A stretch of 64,000 bases of DNA from Octopus vulgaris (taxonomy: Eukaryota): NCBI GenBank assembly GCA_951406725.2, contig OX597815.1:78306001-78370000 (forward strand), written 5' to 3'. The notes beneath the pieces were generated by a model. It was not told where the DNA came from. It ran no database searches and saw only the letters and a list, made by a program, of their open reading frames with translations. Numbering within the stretch: the first letter of the stretch is position 1; the number at the start of each line of letters is the position of its first letter. Both the position numbers and the translations under genes were made by a program. Below, in pieces: positions 13,911 to 26,537 of the stretch.

Positions 13911-14139
13911 GAGCAGTGAGCTAACAGAATTGTTAGTGCGCCAGCCGAAATCTTTAGCGGCATTTCGTCCGTCTTCATGTTCTGACAGCAAATTCCACCG
14001 AGGCTGACTTTGCCTTTCATCCTTTCGGAGGTGGTAAAATGAGTACCAGTTACGCACTGAGGTCGATGTAATCGACTTAATCCCCTCCCTCAAGCTGCCC
14101 TTGAGGCAAAAATTTGAAATCATCATCCTCATCATTATT

Positions 14140-14180
<41 letters not shown>

Positions 14181-14193
14181 TATTATTATTATT

Positions 14194-16428
14194 GCCTTTG
14201 CACAGCTTGTAACACTGTAGATGTACTACAGTGTCAGTTGTTCACTGCCAGTGAACTAAGGTAACACCTCTTATATTTCGAGCATCTTCCGGGGTATTCG
14301 AGCGGTTCCAAGCAGTGCTGTTTTCTGCAAGTGCTCCACCCTTATTGCAACCCCTATTTGTTCTATGTACTTCTCAAGATTTTTACTCACTGTTCCCAGT
14401 GCTCCAACAATTATTGGTACTACTACCACCTTTTTCATCGACCACAACTGCTTCACATCCTAAGCTAACCTGTCATATCTCTCGACTTTTCTTTCTTCCT
14501 TATCGCATACTTTGTTGTCAGTTGGGCATGCTATATCTATGATCCAGCATAGTTTGGTTTCTTTCTCAATTAAGACTATGTCTGGCTTCCTATTCTCTAT
14601 CTCATGGTCGAACTGAATCATAAAATTCCGCAGGATCTTTGCATTATCATTTTCGATGATGCCTTCGGGTTTGTGGTCGTACCAATTTTTTGCTCTGTCA
14701 AGTTTATACTTTCTGCAAGGTGTCCAATTGACAAGCCTTGCTATATTGTCGTGGCATCTCTTATATTCCTTTTGGGTTAGTGGCGTACATTGACTAGTAA
14801 TTAGCCATACGGTTTCACCATTTTGTCCACAGATTCTGCACTTATCACTTTCTGTTGTCTATTCTGCATTTTATGTAGTTTGTTCTTAGTGCTTGCTCTT
14901 GGGCAGCACAGATTAGAGCCTCCGTCTCCGGTTTTAAATCACTTTTAGTCATCCACAGCCATCTTTTTTCTCTTTTTGTCTTATCTTCAACATCCCTATG
15001 AAATTGTCCATGAATTCTTTTCCTTACCCAGCTATTTTCGGTTTCATTCCTTTTCAATTTCTTGTAAAGTGCTTTATCTTTGCAATCTTTCATCCTACAC
15101 AAGCCTGGCTTTCTTACTTCTAATAATAGCGGTTCTGTGGCATTTTTTACATACCATACTATGTTGTTTTCTTCTGCTCTAATGCTGTGTTCGCATCCAA
15201 TAAGTCCCCTTCCCCCTCTTTTTCTTGGTACATACAGTCTGTGCCACTTTTTGGATGGAGTGTCCCAAATCTAGTTAGCAAGTTCCTTGTCTTTCTGTCT
15301 AAGCTGTTTAGTTTGTCTACTGTTCATGCGATTACCCCTGCTCCATATCTAAGGAGTGAAATGAAATCGTCCAGGTGTTGATAGCTTCAATCTTATTCCG
15401 TCCGTTTAATTTCGACTTAAGGATCAATCTCAGTCTGCGCAAATACTCCACCTTAAATTTTTCTGTCATTTCTTTCTCCATAAATTTATCCATTTCCAAA
15501 ATCCCTAAGTACTTATAGCCCGTCTCTTCTATCTGCTTCATAATCTACCCCGACGGTATCGTTAGCCCGTCCATACATTTGATTTTGCTTCTCTTCAAGA
15601 CTAACACACCACACTTACTCAGTCCGAACTTCATTCTGATATCAGCACTGAAAGTATACACCGTATCAACAAGGGAACTGACTTGGACTTCATCTTTGCC
15701 ATAAAGTTTGAGGTCATCCATGAATAACAAATGGTTGACTTTTTGTTGGCGGCTTTTGAATACATACCCAGCTTTTGCTTTCCTCAGAATCAGTGTTAGT
15801 GGAATCAAGTACAATTTGAAGATCAGTGGGGAGAAGTAGTCCCCTTGGAAAATGCCCCTCTTGATTTCTACTGTCCTTAAACTTCTTCCGTGTGCTGTCA
15901 GGTCCATCCTCCAATTCGCCATACTTTTTCCAAGCAATCGCTCAACATTCAATGCTATACCAAATAGGTTCATACATTCCATAATCCAAGAATGTAAGAT
16001 CATATCGTACGCCCTACGATAGTCGATCCATTACATGGCTAAATTACTTTTCCTCCTCTTGCAATACAGTTTTGTCTATCAGGAGTTGATCCTTGGTACC
16101 TCTGCACTTTCGCTTGCAACCCTTCTACTCATATGGCAGGACTCCATTTTTTCCCCAGATGTTCGTACATTGACTCTGCGAGTATTCCAGTTAATGATTT
16201 CTAGGATATCGGCCTGTAATTGTCTACCGTATTGCCTTTTTCGATGTTTTTCTTGCACAGTACTGTCCTACCCAATGTCAACCACTCTGCTATTACTCGG
16301 TCAGTATTTAACAAAGTGTTGAGTTGCGAAGCTATTCGTGCATGACATTCACCAAATCTTTTGATCCAGTAGCCTTGAACTCCATCTGGTCCCGAGGCCT
16401 TCCAGTTGCTCATTTGTTTGCTGATGAA
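14194..16428 (-). mobile_element. 5'-truncated, decayed Dong/R4-clade non-LTR retrotransposon (RT + zinc knuckle + RLE)
   Basis: WKASGPDGVQGYWIK, GIFQGD, HLLFMDDLKLY, ALICAAQEQALRT, CRICG, PDIV, VVPIIVGALG..LQKTALLGTARI; flanked on both sides by (TAA)n, the known Dong target; many frameshifts. Confidence 0.9.
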
Positions 16429-16485
<57 letters not shown>

Positions 16486-16516
16486 GTTATTGTTGTTGTT
16501 ATTATTATCATCATCA

Positions 16517-16681
16517 TTGAAGACGACGCACAGTCTCCAATATCGTGACGATGTGGATTGAAAACATTGTGTCTACTGGAGGTTTGTACTGTCTGTCAAG
16601 TCACAAGGGCTTCAGACAGATAGTACTTTACGCAATATGCGTGCAGTTCCAAGAAAAATCGATTTTTGCAATACACCTAGA
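16517..16681 (-). mobile_element. 3' end of a second Dong/R4-like element
   Basis: Minus strand LGVLQKSIFLGTARILRKVLSV* followed by a different 3' UTR abutting the ATT/ATC tract. Confidence 0.65.
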
Positions 16682-17277
16682 GGTAATGAGCTGGCAGAAA
16701 CGTTAGAGAGTCGGACAAAATTCTTAGAAGCACTTCTTCCAGTACTTTACGTTCTGAGCTGAACTTCCAACGAGGTTGACTTTGCTTTATATCCCTTCGG
16801 TGTCAATAAAATAAATGCCAGTCAAGTACTGGGTTTGATGTAATCGACAAACCCCGATCTTCATAAATTTGTTGTCTTTGAGCCAAAATTTAAAACAATT
16901 ATGCAGCCATTTTATGCCAGTTTCAGCTCCTCACAGTCATCCTCATATTGCCAGGAAAATGGAAAGTAAAATAATTTTTTTTAATCAGTTGAGTTAAATT
17001 AAATAATTAACATATTCTTTTATTCTTTTACTTGTCTCAATCATTTGACTGCGACCATACTGGGGCACCTCCTAAAAAGTGTTAATCAAACAAATCGACC
17101 TCCAGTATTAATTCTTTCTTTTAAATGTAGTACTTATTCTATCACTCTTAGTTGCTGAACCGCCTATTGGCGGGGTCGTAAACAAACCAACTATGGTTAT
17201 CAAATGGAGTGAGAACTAACACAAAGATACGCACACACATATATTGCTTTCCGCAATAAACATACATTTCCTTAAAA

Positions 17278-17360
17278 TGGCTCTGATGAAATAATAAGGG
17301 GTCGCACGGGCACTCAGATTTGAGTGCTACGTTTCTTATAATAGAAACAGATGTAAGCTA
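17278..17360 (+). ncRNA. Minimal type-I hammerhead ribozyme motif (PLE-type)
   Basis: UGGCU CUGAUGA [stem II with GCACUCA/UGAGUGC hairpin] GAAAC AGAU GUA AGCUA; core intact, stem II base imperfect. Confidence 0.6.
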
Positions 17361-17549
17361 ATGAAATTGATATCGTGACTTATATTCTTTTGCCGTTCGT
17401 TAATTCATACTATGCTCTGTACTCACCTGGCGATTTTCTCTAAAGAATAAGTATATTGACTTTTAACAACAGGTTTCTAGTCTCGTTTTGTCAAGGCCAA
17501 ACCATAAAGTACATACATACATACATACATACATACATACATACATACA

Positions 17550-17600
<51 letters not shown>

Positions 17601-17719
17601 TTCCCTCCTTCACTTCTTTCCTGAGCGTCAATAATACTTTAATTGTTCCACGTCCTGCGTTGCTGTGTTTTTTTTTTTCTCTTTTTTTCTCTTTTTTTTC
17701 TGTGTTTCCTTGTTTGGAT

Positions 17720-17748
<29 letters not shown>

Positions 17749-17751
<3 letters not shown>

Positions 17752-18043
17752 GGAAAAAAGCAACAAGAATGGATTAAAATCTCGGTACAATTGTTTCGTA
17801 CGAGGACATCTTTAATAAGCTACAAAAAATGCAGTAAATACAGATGGCTCGTACTCGTCAGCCGAAAAAACATCAGAGAATTCCCAAACATCAAAAGGGG
17901 TAGATACAAAATTCTCTGATGTTTTTTCGGCTGATAAGTACGAGCCATCTGTATTTACTGCATTTTTTGTAGCTTATTAAAGATGTCCTCGTACGAAACA
18001 ATTGTACCGAGATTTTAATCCATTCTTGTTGTTTTTTTCCTAT
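17749..18043. repeat. Near-perfect 134-bp inverted repeat carrying a hammerhead in each arm
   Basis: Arms 17749-17882 and 17910-18043, about 3 mismatches, 27-nt spacer, abutting (TA)n. Confidence 0.9.
17781..17867 (-). ncRNA. Intact minimal type-I hammerhead ribozyme
   Basis: UUCGG CUGACGA GUACGAG..CUCGUAC GAAAC AAUU GUA^CCGAG: full core, 7-bp stem II base, palindromic AAUU loop III, GUA cleavage triplet. Confidence 0.8.
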
Positions 18044-18159
18044 TTGTAATCACCCCATTTGTCGTATGGTTAACACCATATAGATTTCCGGTGATCTTAG
18101 TTAAGGACCATATTCATGTGAATTCATTAGAATTCACTTGAATCTCAATTACTTAAACC

Positions 18160-18202
<43 letters not shown>

Positions 18203-18484
18203 CATACGTGACGAGCTTCTTTAAGCTTCTAAGTTTCCACCTGCCAAATTTGCTCACCAGACATTAATTAGCCTGGGCTATAGTAGAGGACTATTACCCA
18301 AAGTGCTGCGCTTTGGGACTGAACCTAAAATCAGGTGGTTGCAAAGCTACCTTGTTAACTGCACAGATAAACGAGAGAAACCGAATGGTGAATGATAAGT
18401 GATGGCAAAATATATTAACACTCATCCTCAAATGTTTGTTTGAAGAATCAATCATTATATCTTATATCTTAACTAATTTTACAG

Positions 18485-18674
18485 TCGGTTGTTGGACAAA
18501 AGAGACCAGATGATACGACTCCCTGAGGATGGTTCTTTACAAGAAGCACTTCGAAGACGTGGAGTATTTGGACAATTGTCAAGGTCGAAATTTCGACCTT
18601 TCGAGAAAGGACGTATTTTGGCGACTCACCAGAAATATCGAGAAGCTATCAACGGTGCCAATCTATTATTAATG
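18485..18674 (+). CDS. CRISP-like protein exon: pro-region and CAP helix 1
   Basis: ctaattttacag acceptor; RLLDKRDQMIRLPEDGSLQEALRRRGVFGQLSRSKFRPFEKGRILATHQKYREAINGANLLLM matches the CAP pattern IL..HN.YR....A.NM..M; ATG|gtaaga. Confidence 0.9.
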
Positions 18675-18854
18675 GTAAGACCAGAGTTAAATCTCATTCA
18701 GTAGAATATCTGTTACCAATGATTAGTACTACAAAGAAACAACTAGGACCCACATTTCCTTGCAGCTCACAAGCACATTAATATTTTACAATTTATATTT
18801 TTATAACTTTGAATAATTCTCTCAGAATACAAATTATTTTAAAATTAATTTCAT

Positions 18855-18889
<35 letters not shown>

Positions 18890-19278
18890 TCTAGCTTGCG
18901 TCCATAGTTCCAGATACATACTTTCAGGTTCAAAACCATAGTGTACCATCTTGAGCAAGTATCTCCAATTATAGACTCGGGTTGACCAAAGCCTTGTGAG
19001 TGAATTTGATAGACGGAAACTGAACGAAGTCCGTCGTGTGTGTGTGTTTGTATCATCACCGCTTGGCAACCAGTGTTAGTGTGCTTACAGCCCCCTAACG
19101 TAGCGGTTCGGCCAAAGAGATCGATAGAATAAGTTCCATGTTTTAAAAAGTACTGGGGCCCATTCATTCGTCTAAAAATTCTTCAAATCAGTGCCCCAGC
19201 ATGGCTGCAGTCTAATGACTGAAACAACAAAAGAAAAGAAAGACATACATACATACATACATACATACATACATACAT

Positions 19279-19315
<37 letters not shown>

Positions 19316-20152
19316 TACATACACACACACATACATACATACATACACACACATACATACATACGTACATACATACATACATACATACATACATACATAC
19401 ATACATACATACATACATACATACATACATACATGTGTATGTGTTTTGTATATGTGTATTTGTCGCTTAAGAGATTGATAATAAATTAATCTAGAAACTC
19501 TGAAATGCTGCGATGTCCCAATCTTGGCTGTAGTACAAATCAGCATGGAGAGGAGCGGTTGTTATAACCTTTGTCTCCCACCTTACTCCGCTAAACTAGT
19601 TGGATCAATACTTTTAGCGAAAGCAAAAGCAAGAGAGAATTTTTACGGGTGCATACCCTCCTGTGTGTGTGTGTATACCCACACGTTCCCCACTCCACCC
19701 TCACACCCCACCACACATACCTATGTATATAATGTATTGAATTATAGATGTACTAGGGATATTCCGGTGATATGATGAATTAACTTTCTTTAGTTGTAAT
19801 AATTGGTGAACATACAATTGAAAACACTGACTATACATATCGATGTAAGCATGTACGTAAGACTTTACATACGGAAATTAATAAAATTACTTAATGAAGG
19901 TTATGAAATGGCTGGAATCATACGGGAATCATAGGGAAAAAAATAAATCCATATTCACGTCTCACACCTCCTGATGGCCGGTGTATCTTTATCATGAGTT
20001 TATGGTGGTTTTTGGACCATTGACTCTGATTTTAGCAAGTGATATTATATACCCTACAGAATCTATACGTATATATATTGTCAGTAGATCATAAATCCGA
20101 AAGAAAAGCACATTCTAAGTTGTAGAGCGTTAGAGTATTTAGATACAGATAA

Positions 20153-20311
20153 TTATGGCTGGTTCATAGGATTACCCTGAGTTCCACGTCTATAAAGAGC
20201 TTGGCTTCACACGTCTCGTCAGACCCTAATGGCCGGTGTCTGACGAGACGTATGTAAAGCAAAGGGCTTTATGGACGCAAAAACCTTGGTAACCCTATGA
20301 AACACCCATAA
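20153..20311. repeat. Degenerate palindromic double-hammerhead element, same family as the 40.8 kb copy
   Basis: Arms about 20153-20224 and 20238-20311; CUGACGA in both arms, GAAA mutated in both. Confidence 0.65.
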
Positions 20312-20326
20312 CTACCTTTATATATA

Positions 20327-20451
20327 TGTTTCTAGAATTTTCACCTCTAATATGTACCTCACATCAATACAACAACTACATACTGAAATAAGTAGATGCG
20401 CTTGAAGTGAACACAGCTTGTATTTAACCCTACCAACATAATTATATACAC

Positions 20452-20496
<45 letters not shown>

Positions 20497-20604
20497 GATA
20501 GGGTAAAATCCAAGCTGTGTCCACTTCCAGGGCATCTACTTATTTCAGTATGTAGTTGTTGTATTGATGTGAGGTACATATTAGAGATGAAAATTCTAGA
20601 AACA
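20327..20604. repeat. About 112-bp inverted repeat around a (TA)n(TG)n spacer
   Basis: 20327-20439 is the approximate reverse complement of 20493-20604. Confidence 0.85.
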
Positions 20605-20655
20605 ATCTTTGCAGAGTTAAGAAAAATAAGGAGCTAGAAAATATTATTATCATCA

Positions 20656-20699
<44 letters not shown>

Positions 20700-21118
20700 G
20701 TTGTTGTTGTTGTTGTTGTTGTTATTATTATTTTGTATTATTTATTCAATATTACACATGTTTCATTTGCTAATAGGAATCACAAAGTTGAACATGGTGG
20801 ATAAACATGTAGGAAAATTCCTATTAGAAACACTTCAGACACAGACTCAAATCATACAAAATTTACATTCTGATGAAACGTATTCATATGTGCATACATA
20901 CATACATACATACATACATACATACGTAAGTACATACATACATACATACAAACATATAGGCGCATGCGTGGCTGTGTGGTGAGAACCACGTCGTTCTGGG
21001 TTCAGTCCCACTGCGTGGCATCTTGGGCAAGTGTCTTCTACAATAGCCTCGAGCCGACCAAAGCCTTGTGAGTGGATTTGGTAGACGAAAACTGAAAGAA
21101 GCCCGTCGTACACATGTG

Positions 21119-21168
<50 letters not shown>

Positions 21169-21475
21169 TGTGTCTTTGTGTCTGTATTTGTCCCCCTCCA
21201 CTGTCGCTTGACAACCAATGTCAGTGTGTTTACGTCCCAGTAACTTAACGGTTCGGCAAAAGAAACTGGTAGAATAAGTACTAGGCTTACAACGAATTAA
21301 TCCTGGGGTCGAATTGTTCGACTAAAGGCGGCGCTCCAGCATGGCTGCAGTCAAATTACTAAAAAAGGTAAAAGAGTATATAAATATATATAAATATATA
21401 TATGTATATATATTTTTTTTTCTGTACTTGTTTCAGTCATTTGACTGCGGCCATGCTGGAGCACCGCCTTTAGAG

Positions 21476-21637
21476 TGGTGAAAGAGTACAGCAGGGATCA
21501 CCACCTCCTGCCGGAGCCTCGTGGAGCTTTTAGGTGTTTTCGCTCAATAAACACACACAACGCCCGGTCTGGGAATCGAAACCGCGATCCTCCGACCGCA
21601 AGTCCGCTGCCCTAACCACTAGGCCATAGCGCCTCCA
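21476..21637 (-). mobile_element. tRNA(Arg)-like SINE
   Basis: Reverse complement GGAGGCGCTATGGCCTAGTGGTTAGGGCAGCGGACTTGCGGTC...GGTTTCGATTCCC followed by a non-tRNA body. Confidence 0.65.
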
Positions 21638-21714
21638 CATATATGGTAATCAAGAGTAGTATAGATAGTAGGGGGAAAGAATAACACCCAAAAGTATTCA
21701 ACTTCGTGCTTTGT

Positions 21715-21746
<32 letters not shown>

Positions 21747-21776
21747 TGTATGTATGTATGTATGTATGTATATGTC

Positions 21777-22325
21777 AGGTCACTTTCGAGTACTACTGGT
21801 AACATGTAACCCAGTGCAACCTGTTGCATGGTTGGGTCGTCGGCGACTACACCGGCAACCCCACCAAGCTTGCTTGGTGAGGAGGGTGTTTATTGGACAC
21901 CCTGCGGAATGAAAAACAAAACCCGTCAAAGGGCGGAGCGACTCTTGAGATTCAACGGCCATCCAATAAATGTCTTAAGGCTGTATCATGCGCGGGGACA
22001 TAGAAATAATCGGACTGAATACCCGATCGCGCGGTTAAACCATTGGGAGTGAAGGACTCCTAGCCTTTGTTAGGGCATCCTTCTAGGAGAAGGTAACTCA
22101 GGTAACTGGGATAACTCCGACATAAAACCTGCGGCTCAGTGGTTGTCGATGATGTTGACTTGTTCTTCTTTTCGGATTAAGGCTGCTGTTGCTTAGTGAG
22201 TGAGATTGACTCAGTGCACAGCTTTTCCTCACTTTAAAAATAATTCTAGCACAGGCATTGCACTATAACAACATTGATTAAGCTTCGTGCAATGGTCATA
22301 CTCGATAACGCGGGGGCAGCCACCA
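21777..22325 (+). mobile_element. Non-coding element resembling an RTE LINE 5' UTR, inserted in (ATGT)n
   Basis: GC-richer block with GGCATCCTTCTAGGAGAAGGTAACTC, similar to the RTE leader motif; TATG repeats on both flanks. Confidence 0.45.
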
Positions 22326-22504
22326 TGTATGTATGTAATGTGTACTTCTAGTAGGGACCATATTTACAGTTTCCTATGGATTGTAACTTCTACAAGGTGT
22401 CATCTTCACATTACAGATGAGTTCCATGTTATTTGTGAAGAAGGAATTTAAAATGTTTTTGTCCCTAGTTTGGTGAAGTATAACTTGTTCTAAGAACAGT
22501 ACAC

Positions 22505-23457
22505 GAACCTTATCGGTTTGGCTGCCAGCATTTCAAAAATTAAGGTTTATCAAAAATTTTTTAATTTGGTACAATAATATACTTGTAAATAAATGTTAAT
22601 GTTAATTTAAAAGAGTTGTCCAAAAAGTCTTATTTGGCTGTTATTTTCAACACACAAGGCAACCACCTCAATGCTCGATGACAATAAGAAACGAGCAAAC
22701 AAGCATTTATTCATTCAATATTCATTTAATACAATTGCGATAAACAGTATATTACATGCGATAAACACATTACAATTTTTAGGAGAAAGATTTGGAAGAA
22801 TTAGACGAAAGTTCTCCAGTAATTTTCTTTCATATAAATAAATGTCTATGTTAATTAAAAAATTTGCCAGCAAAATCTTATAAATGACATTCTTCCAAAA
22901 GATGTACATGTTTATATATTATATTTGAAAATAAAAGTGAAAATATGCTTAAAGACAAATATTTAAGCATGCAATAAGCAACACATTACAAAATATTTTT
23001 GACTGAAGGTATTTCTAACTTTCGGTTTTAATTTTTAAAATGTCCTTCTCTGTTTTCAATGTTTCCATAATAGAAGCGAAGTTACTGGAGCTTGTTGCCA
23101 TAATCACACAGAACACAGCGTCAAAATTGTCAACACGTTCTTCCTCGCAGATAAAAGGCTTTTCAAAGACTGCTCGGTTTCGCTTGATACTATGGCAACA
23201 GGCACGTGCTTTCTCGCAGGCAAAAGAGTTCTCATGTTTCACTTCTTACAATCGAAACAGGCATGAATGTGTCTGTGGCTTACGATTGGGTAAAATTACA
23301 AACATTTTCGAACTTTAATTGCCAAAAACTCTTTGTTTATTGATTTAAAGCGAAAATTACTTCCACGTCATTAATTATCATATAAAAGTGTATCATTACA
23401 CTGAATATGAAATCACTTCGAACAGAATTGATGGTGGCAGCCAAACCGAATAGATCC
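22505..23457 (+). mobile_element. Non-autonomous TIR DNA transposon
   Basis: Termini ..TCGGTTTGGCTGCCA / TGGCAGCCAAACCGAATAGATCC; ends shared with the element at 24332-24957. Confidence 0.65.
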
Positions 23458-23574
23458 CAGTACATTAGAAAGTTAACATTCTACTTGTCCTTTGTTCAAG
23501 CAACAACTTTCCCGAGAAAACGTGGACCATTTAGTATTAGGGAGGTTAAAGTAACCCAAAAAAACATAAGCCAT

Positions 23575-23626
<52 letters not shown>

Positions 23627-24094
23627 TTACTTTTCTAGATACCCTTGATAAGTCGGCAATAATCAGTTGAACTAAAAAGCAAATACTTTGATAAAACCCA
23701 CTCAAGAACTAACAATATCAACGGTTCAGTTTCGTTCTGTTGATAGAACACAATGATTTAAACACAAAACGGACTTCACAACGAGTCTGAAAGCAAAAAG
23801 TATGTTTATAAATGTTCACTCTTATTCACTCTTTATCCACACACAAACTTAAAATATGGAGCAACAGATGTCCTAAGAGGGTGAAACCCAATTATATAAG
23901 CTAAAGTATATATGGGCAAGATAAGATTAAGTGTTGTTCATTACCCTAGGGATTAATCAACGTTTTTCACTAACTGGAATAATGTTTCATTTTTATCTAC
24001 GGTAATATCGTCATTATAAGGATACAGGTGGCCCTCACTTCTGCTTTGTTTGTAAAACCAGACATCACACACTCTCACTCCCTCTCTTTCTCTC

Positions 24095-24131
<37 letters not shown>

Positions 24132-24283
24132 GTATACATATATCCATATGTATACGTGCATGTGTGTATGTCTGTGTATATATATGTTTGTGTGTGCTGT
24201 AATATATATATATAAGAGTTTTTGGCGTAATAAGATTAAAAAAACCAAGGCTGTGTAGATATTAGAGCATTTCTAGATAGAGC

Positions 24284-24331
<48 letters not shown>

Positions 24332-24333
<2 letters not shown>

Positions 24334-24957
24334 ACCTAATTGGTTTAGCTGCCAGCCTCATTTTCTGTTCGAATTGATGTCATATTCAGTGTAATGATAC
24401 ACTTTTATAGGTTAATGAATGACATGGAAATCATTTCCGCTATAAATCAATAAACATAGAGTAAGTAGTAATTAAAGTTTGGAAATTTTGGGTAATTTTA
24501 GCCAATCGGGAGATGGGCTAAAAATAACAGCTAAATAGGCCTTAAATCACGTCCTCACCCATTTAAAACTTTTTATTTGCGTATGGATTCCCATGTGTAG
24601 AGTACAAATTCGCAAAAATGTTCTGAAAATTCTAAATTCTTTAAAAGTTATGAGGGGTTTTGTGACGTGCGTTCAGTAAAATTTGATTTGTTTACAGTTT
24701 CATATAAAAATACGTACCATTTTTAGGATGTTGACAACACGTGCAGTCACGCACAAAATGGCATCTTCTAAATCTTGTTTTCTGACTGGGTGAAAATAAT
24801 CAAGCTTTAAACCTCTACAACTTTTTAAAAACATTCTTGTGGAAAAAGTGAAATAACTCCAGCAAATCAGCTTGGAAAAGCATATTAATACGCCAAATTT
24901 TAACATTTTTGATAAACTTTAATTTTTGAAATGCTGGCAGCCAAACTAACTAGATCC
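24332..24957 (-). mobile_element. Second member of the same TIR family, inverted, in a (TA)n tract
   Basis: 24332-24510 is similar to the reverse complement of 23281-23457, and 24890-24957 to that of 22505-22570; internal sequence differs. Confidence 0.65.
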
Positions 24958-24964
24958 ATATATA

Positions 24965-25030
<66 letters not shown>

Positions 25031-26460
25031 CGTGCGCGCGTGTGTGTATGCCTATATACACATATACACATTGTATGTATGTGTGTGTGTGTGTATATAT
25101 ATATGTATATGTATACATATATACGTATGTATATATATATATATATATACATACACACGTGTACATATACATGCAGGCGTACATACATACGTGCATGTAT
25201 GCACGGTTGCATACATTGCATGCCTACGTACATCTGTGCGTGCATACATACATCCATACATACATATCCTAGAATCGGAAATCTAAGACAAGTGAACATA
25301 TTGATACGAAGATTCATGCTTGATGGTATTGATATCAAACACATTCACCAAAAGTCAAATGCAGACGGAGTGTTGCACTAAGAGTAGCAATAACACAGGC
25401 AATGCCCCAACATGGCTGCTGTACACACACACACACACACACACACATTATATGATCTAATATATACGAGATTTAAATGTTAAGTATAAGTTTCATAATC
25501 TGATGGAACAATGGTCGGATGAGCTTGTACAGCATATTTAACATCCTGCAATCGTTCAAACTCAAAGTAAACATAGCTACTCCCTGCGTGAAAGCAACAA
25601 ATAATGAGAGAGAAAATGAAAAATGGATAAAAGAGAAAGAAATTTTTAAAAAAAATAAAGTTTGGAAGAAAAGGTGATAAGAATTGTGTCCCTTTGGTTT
25701 GTTAGAAGGGGAATTAACAATGGTTGGTGAGATTGATCTGAGGGGAAAAGTATCATACATGAGGAAGGAGACATACACTTACATACATGTTCAGAATTTA
25801 TCTGTATATAGATCGACTAAAAGGATGAAGATCCTTCTCAAGTCCTATAAACTCATAGCACTGATTTCCCATATTCTCTGGTGCATATATCCCCTTCTTG
25901 ACAGACCAGCATCCTGTCTAGGAGGAAACTGGCCATATGAGTCTATGTATATAAGACAATTAATTTGAACACGTATATTCCCTAATGGGATAAATTAATT
26001 TCCTTGTTGAACATAAATAAGTAGATTGGGGGGGGGGGGGGGCAACACATCCAAACTTAACAGAAGAACAGATCCAAATATATTGAAAACAGATCTGGGC
26101 ATTTAGTAGATGAGATATTGGAAGTATCTCACCATACCTTCTGCTTAAAGAACATATAATCGTGGACTAAATATGCTTGATGTATTGACCCGAAGAGAAT
26201 TTTAATCAGCATTACATACATAATCAGAAAAAAACTTACCAGTAGTAACAACAATTATTGCCAAAGAAGATAAGGGAGGGAACTTTAAAATACAAATTGA
26301 TGGAAAATTAAATGGAAGCCTGCATGGGTGTGTGAGACTGTCATCATACTTAATAAAGATCTGATGCACACCCTGTTGTATATCTGCATTTAATTTTAAT
26401 CAATTGCCATTTTAAAGTTCTTTCTTGGTCCTTATTATATTTCCTAATATCATTTTGTAG

Positions 26461-26537
26461 GAATGGGATGAATCCCTTGCTTCTTTAGCCCAAGGCCAGG
26501 CTGACCGGTGTGTTTTTGGACCAGGCAACCTCTTCTT
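26461..26537 (+). CDS. CRISP-like protein exon (CAP)
   Basis: cattttgtag|EWDESLASLAQGQADRCVFGPGNLF|gtaagt; classic W...LA..AQ..A..C motif; phase 0 to 2. Confidence 0.93.
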
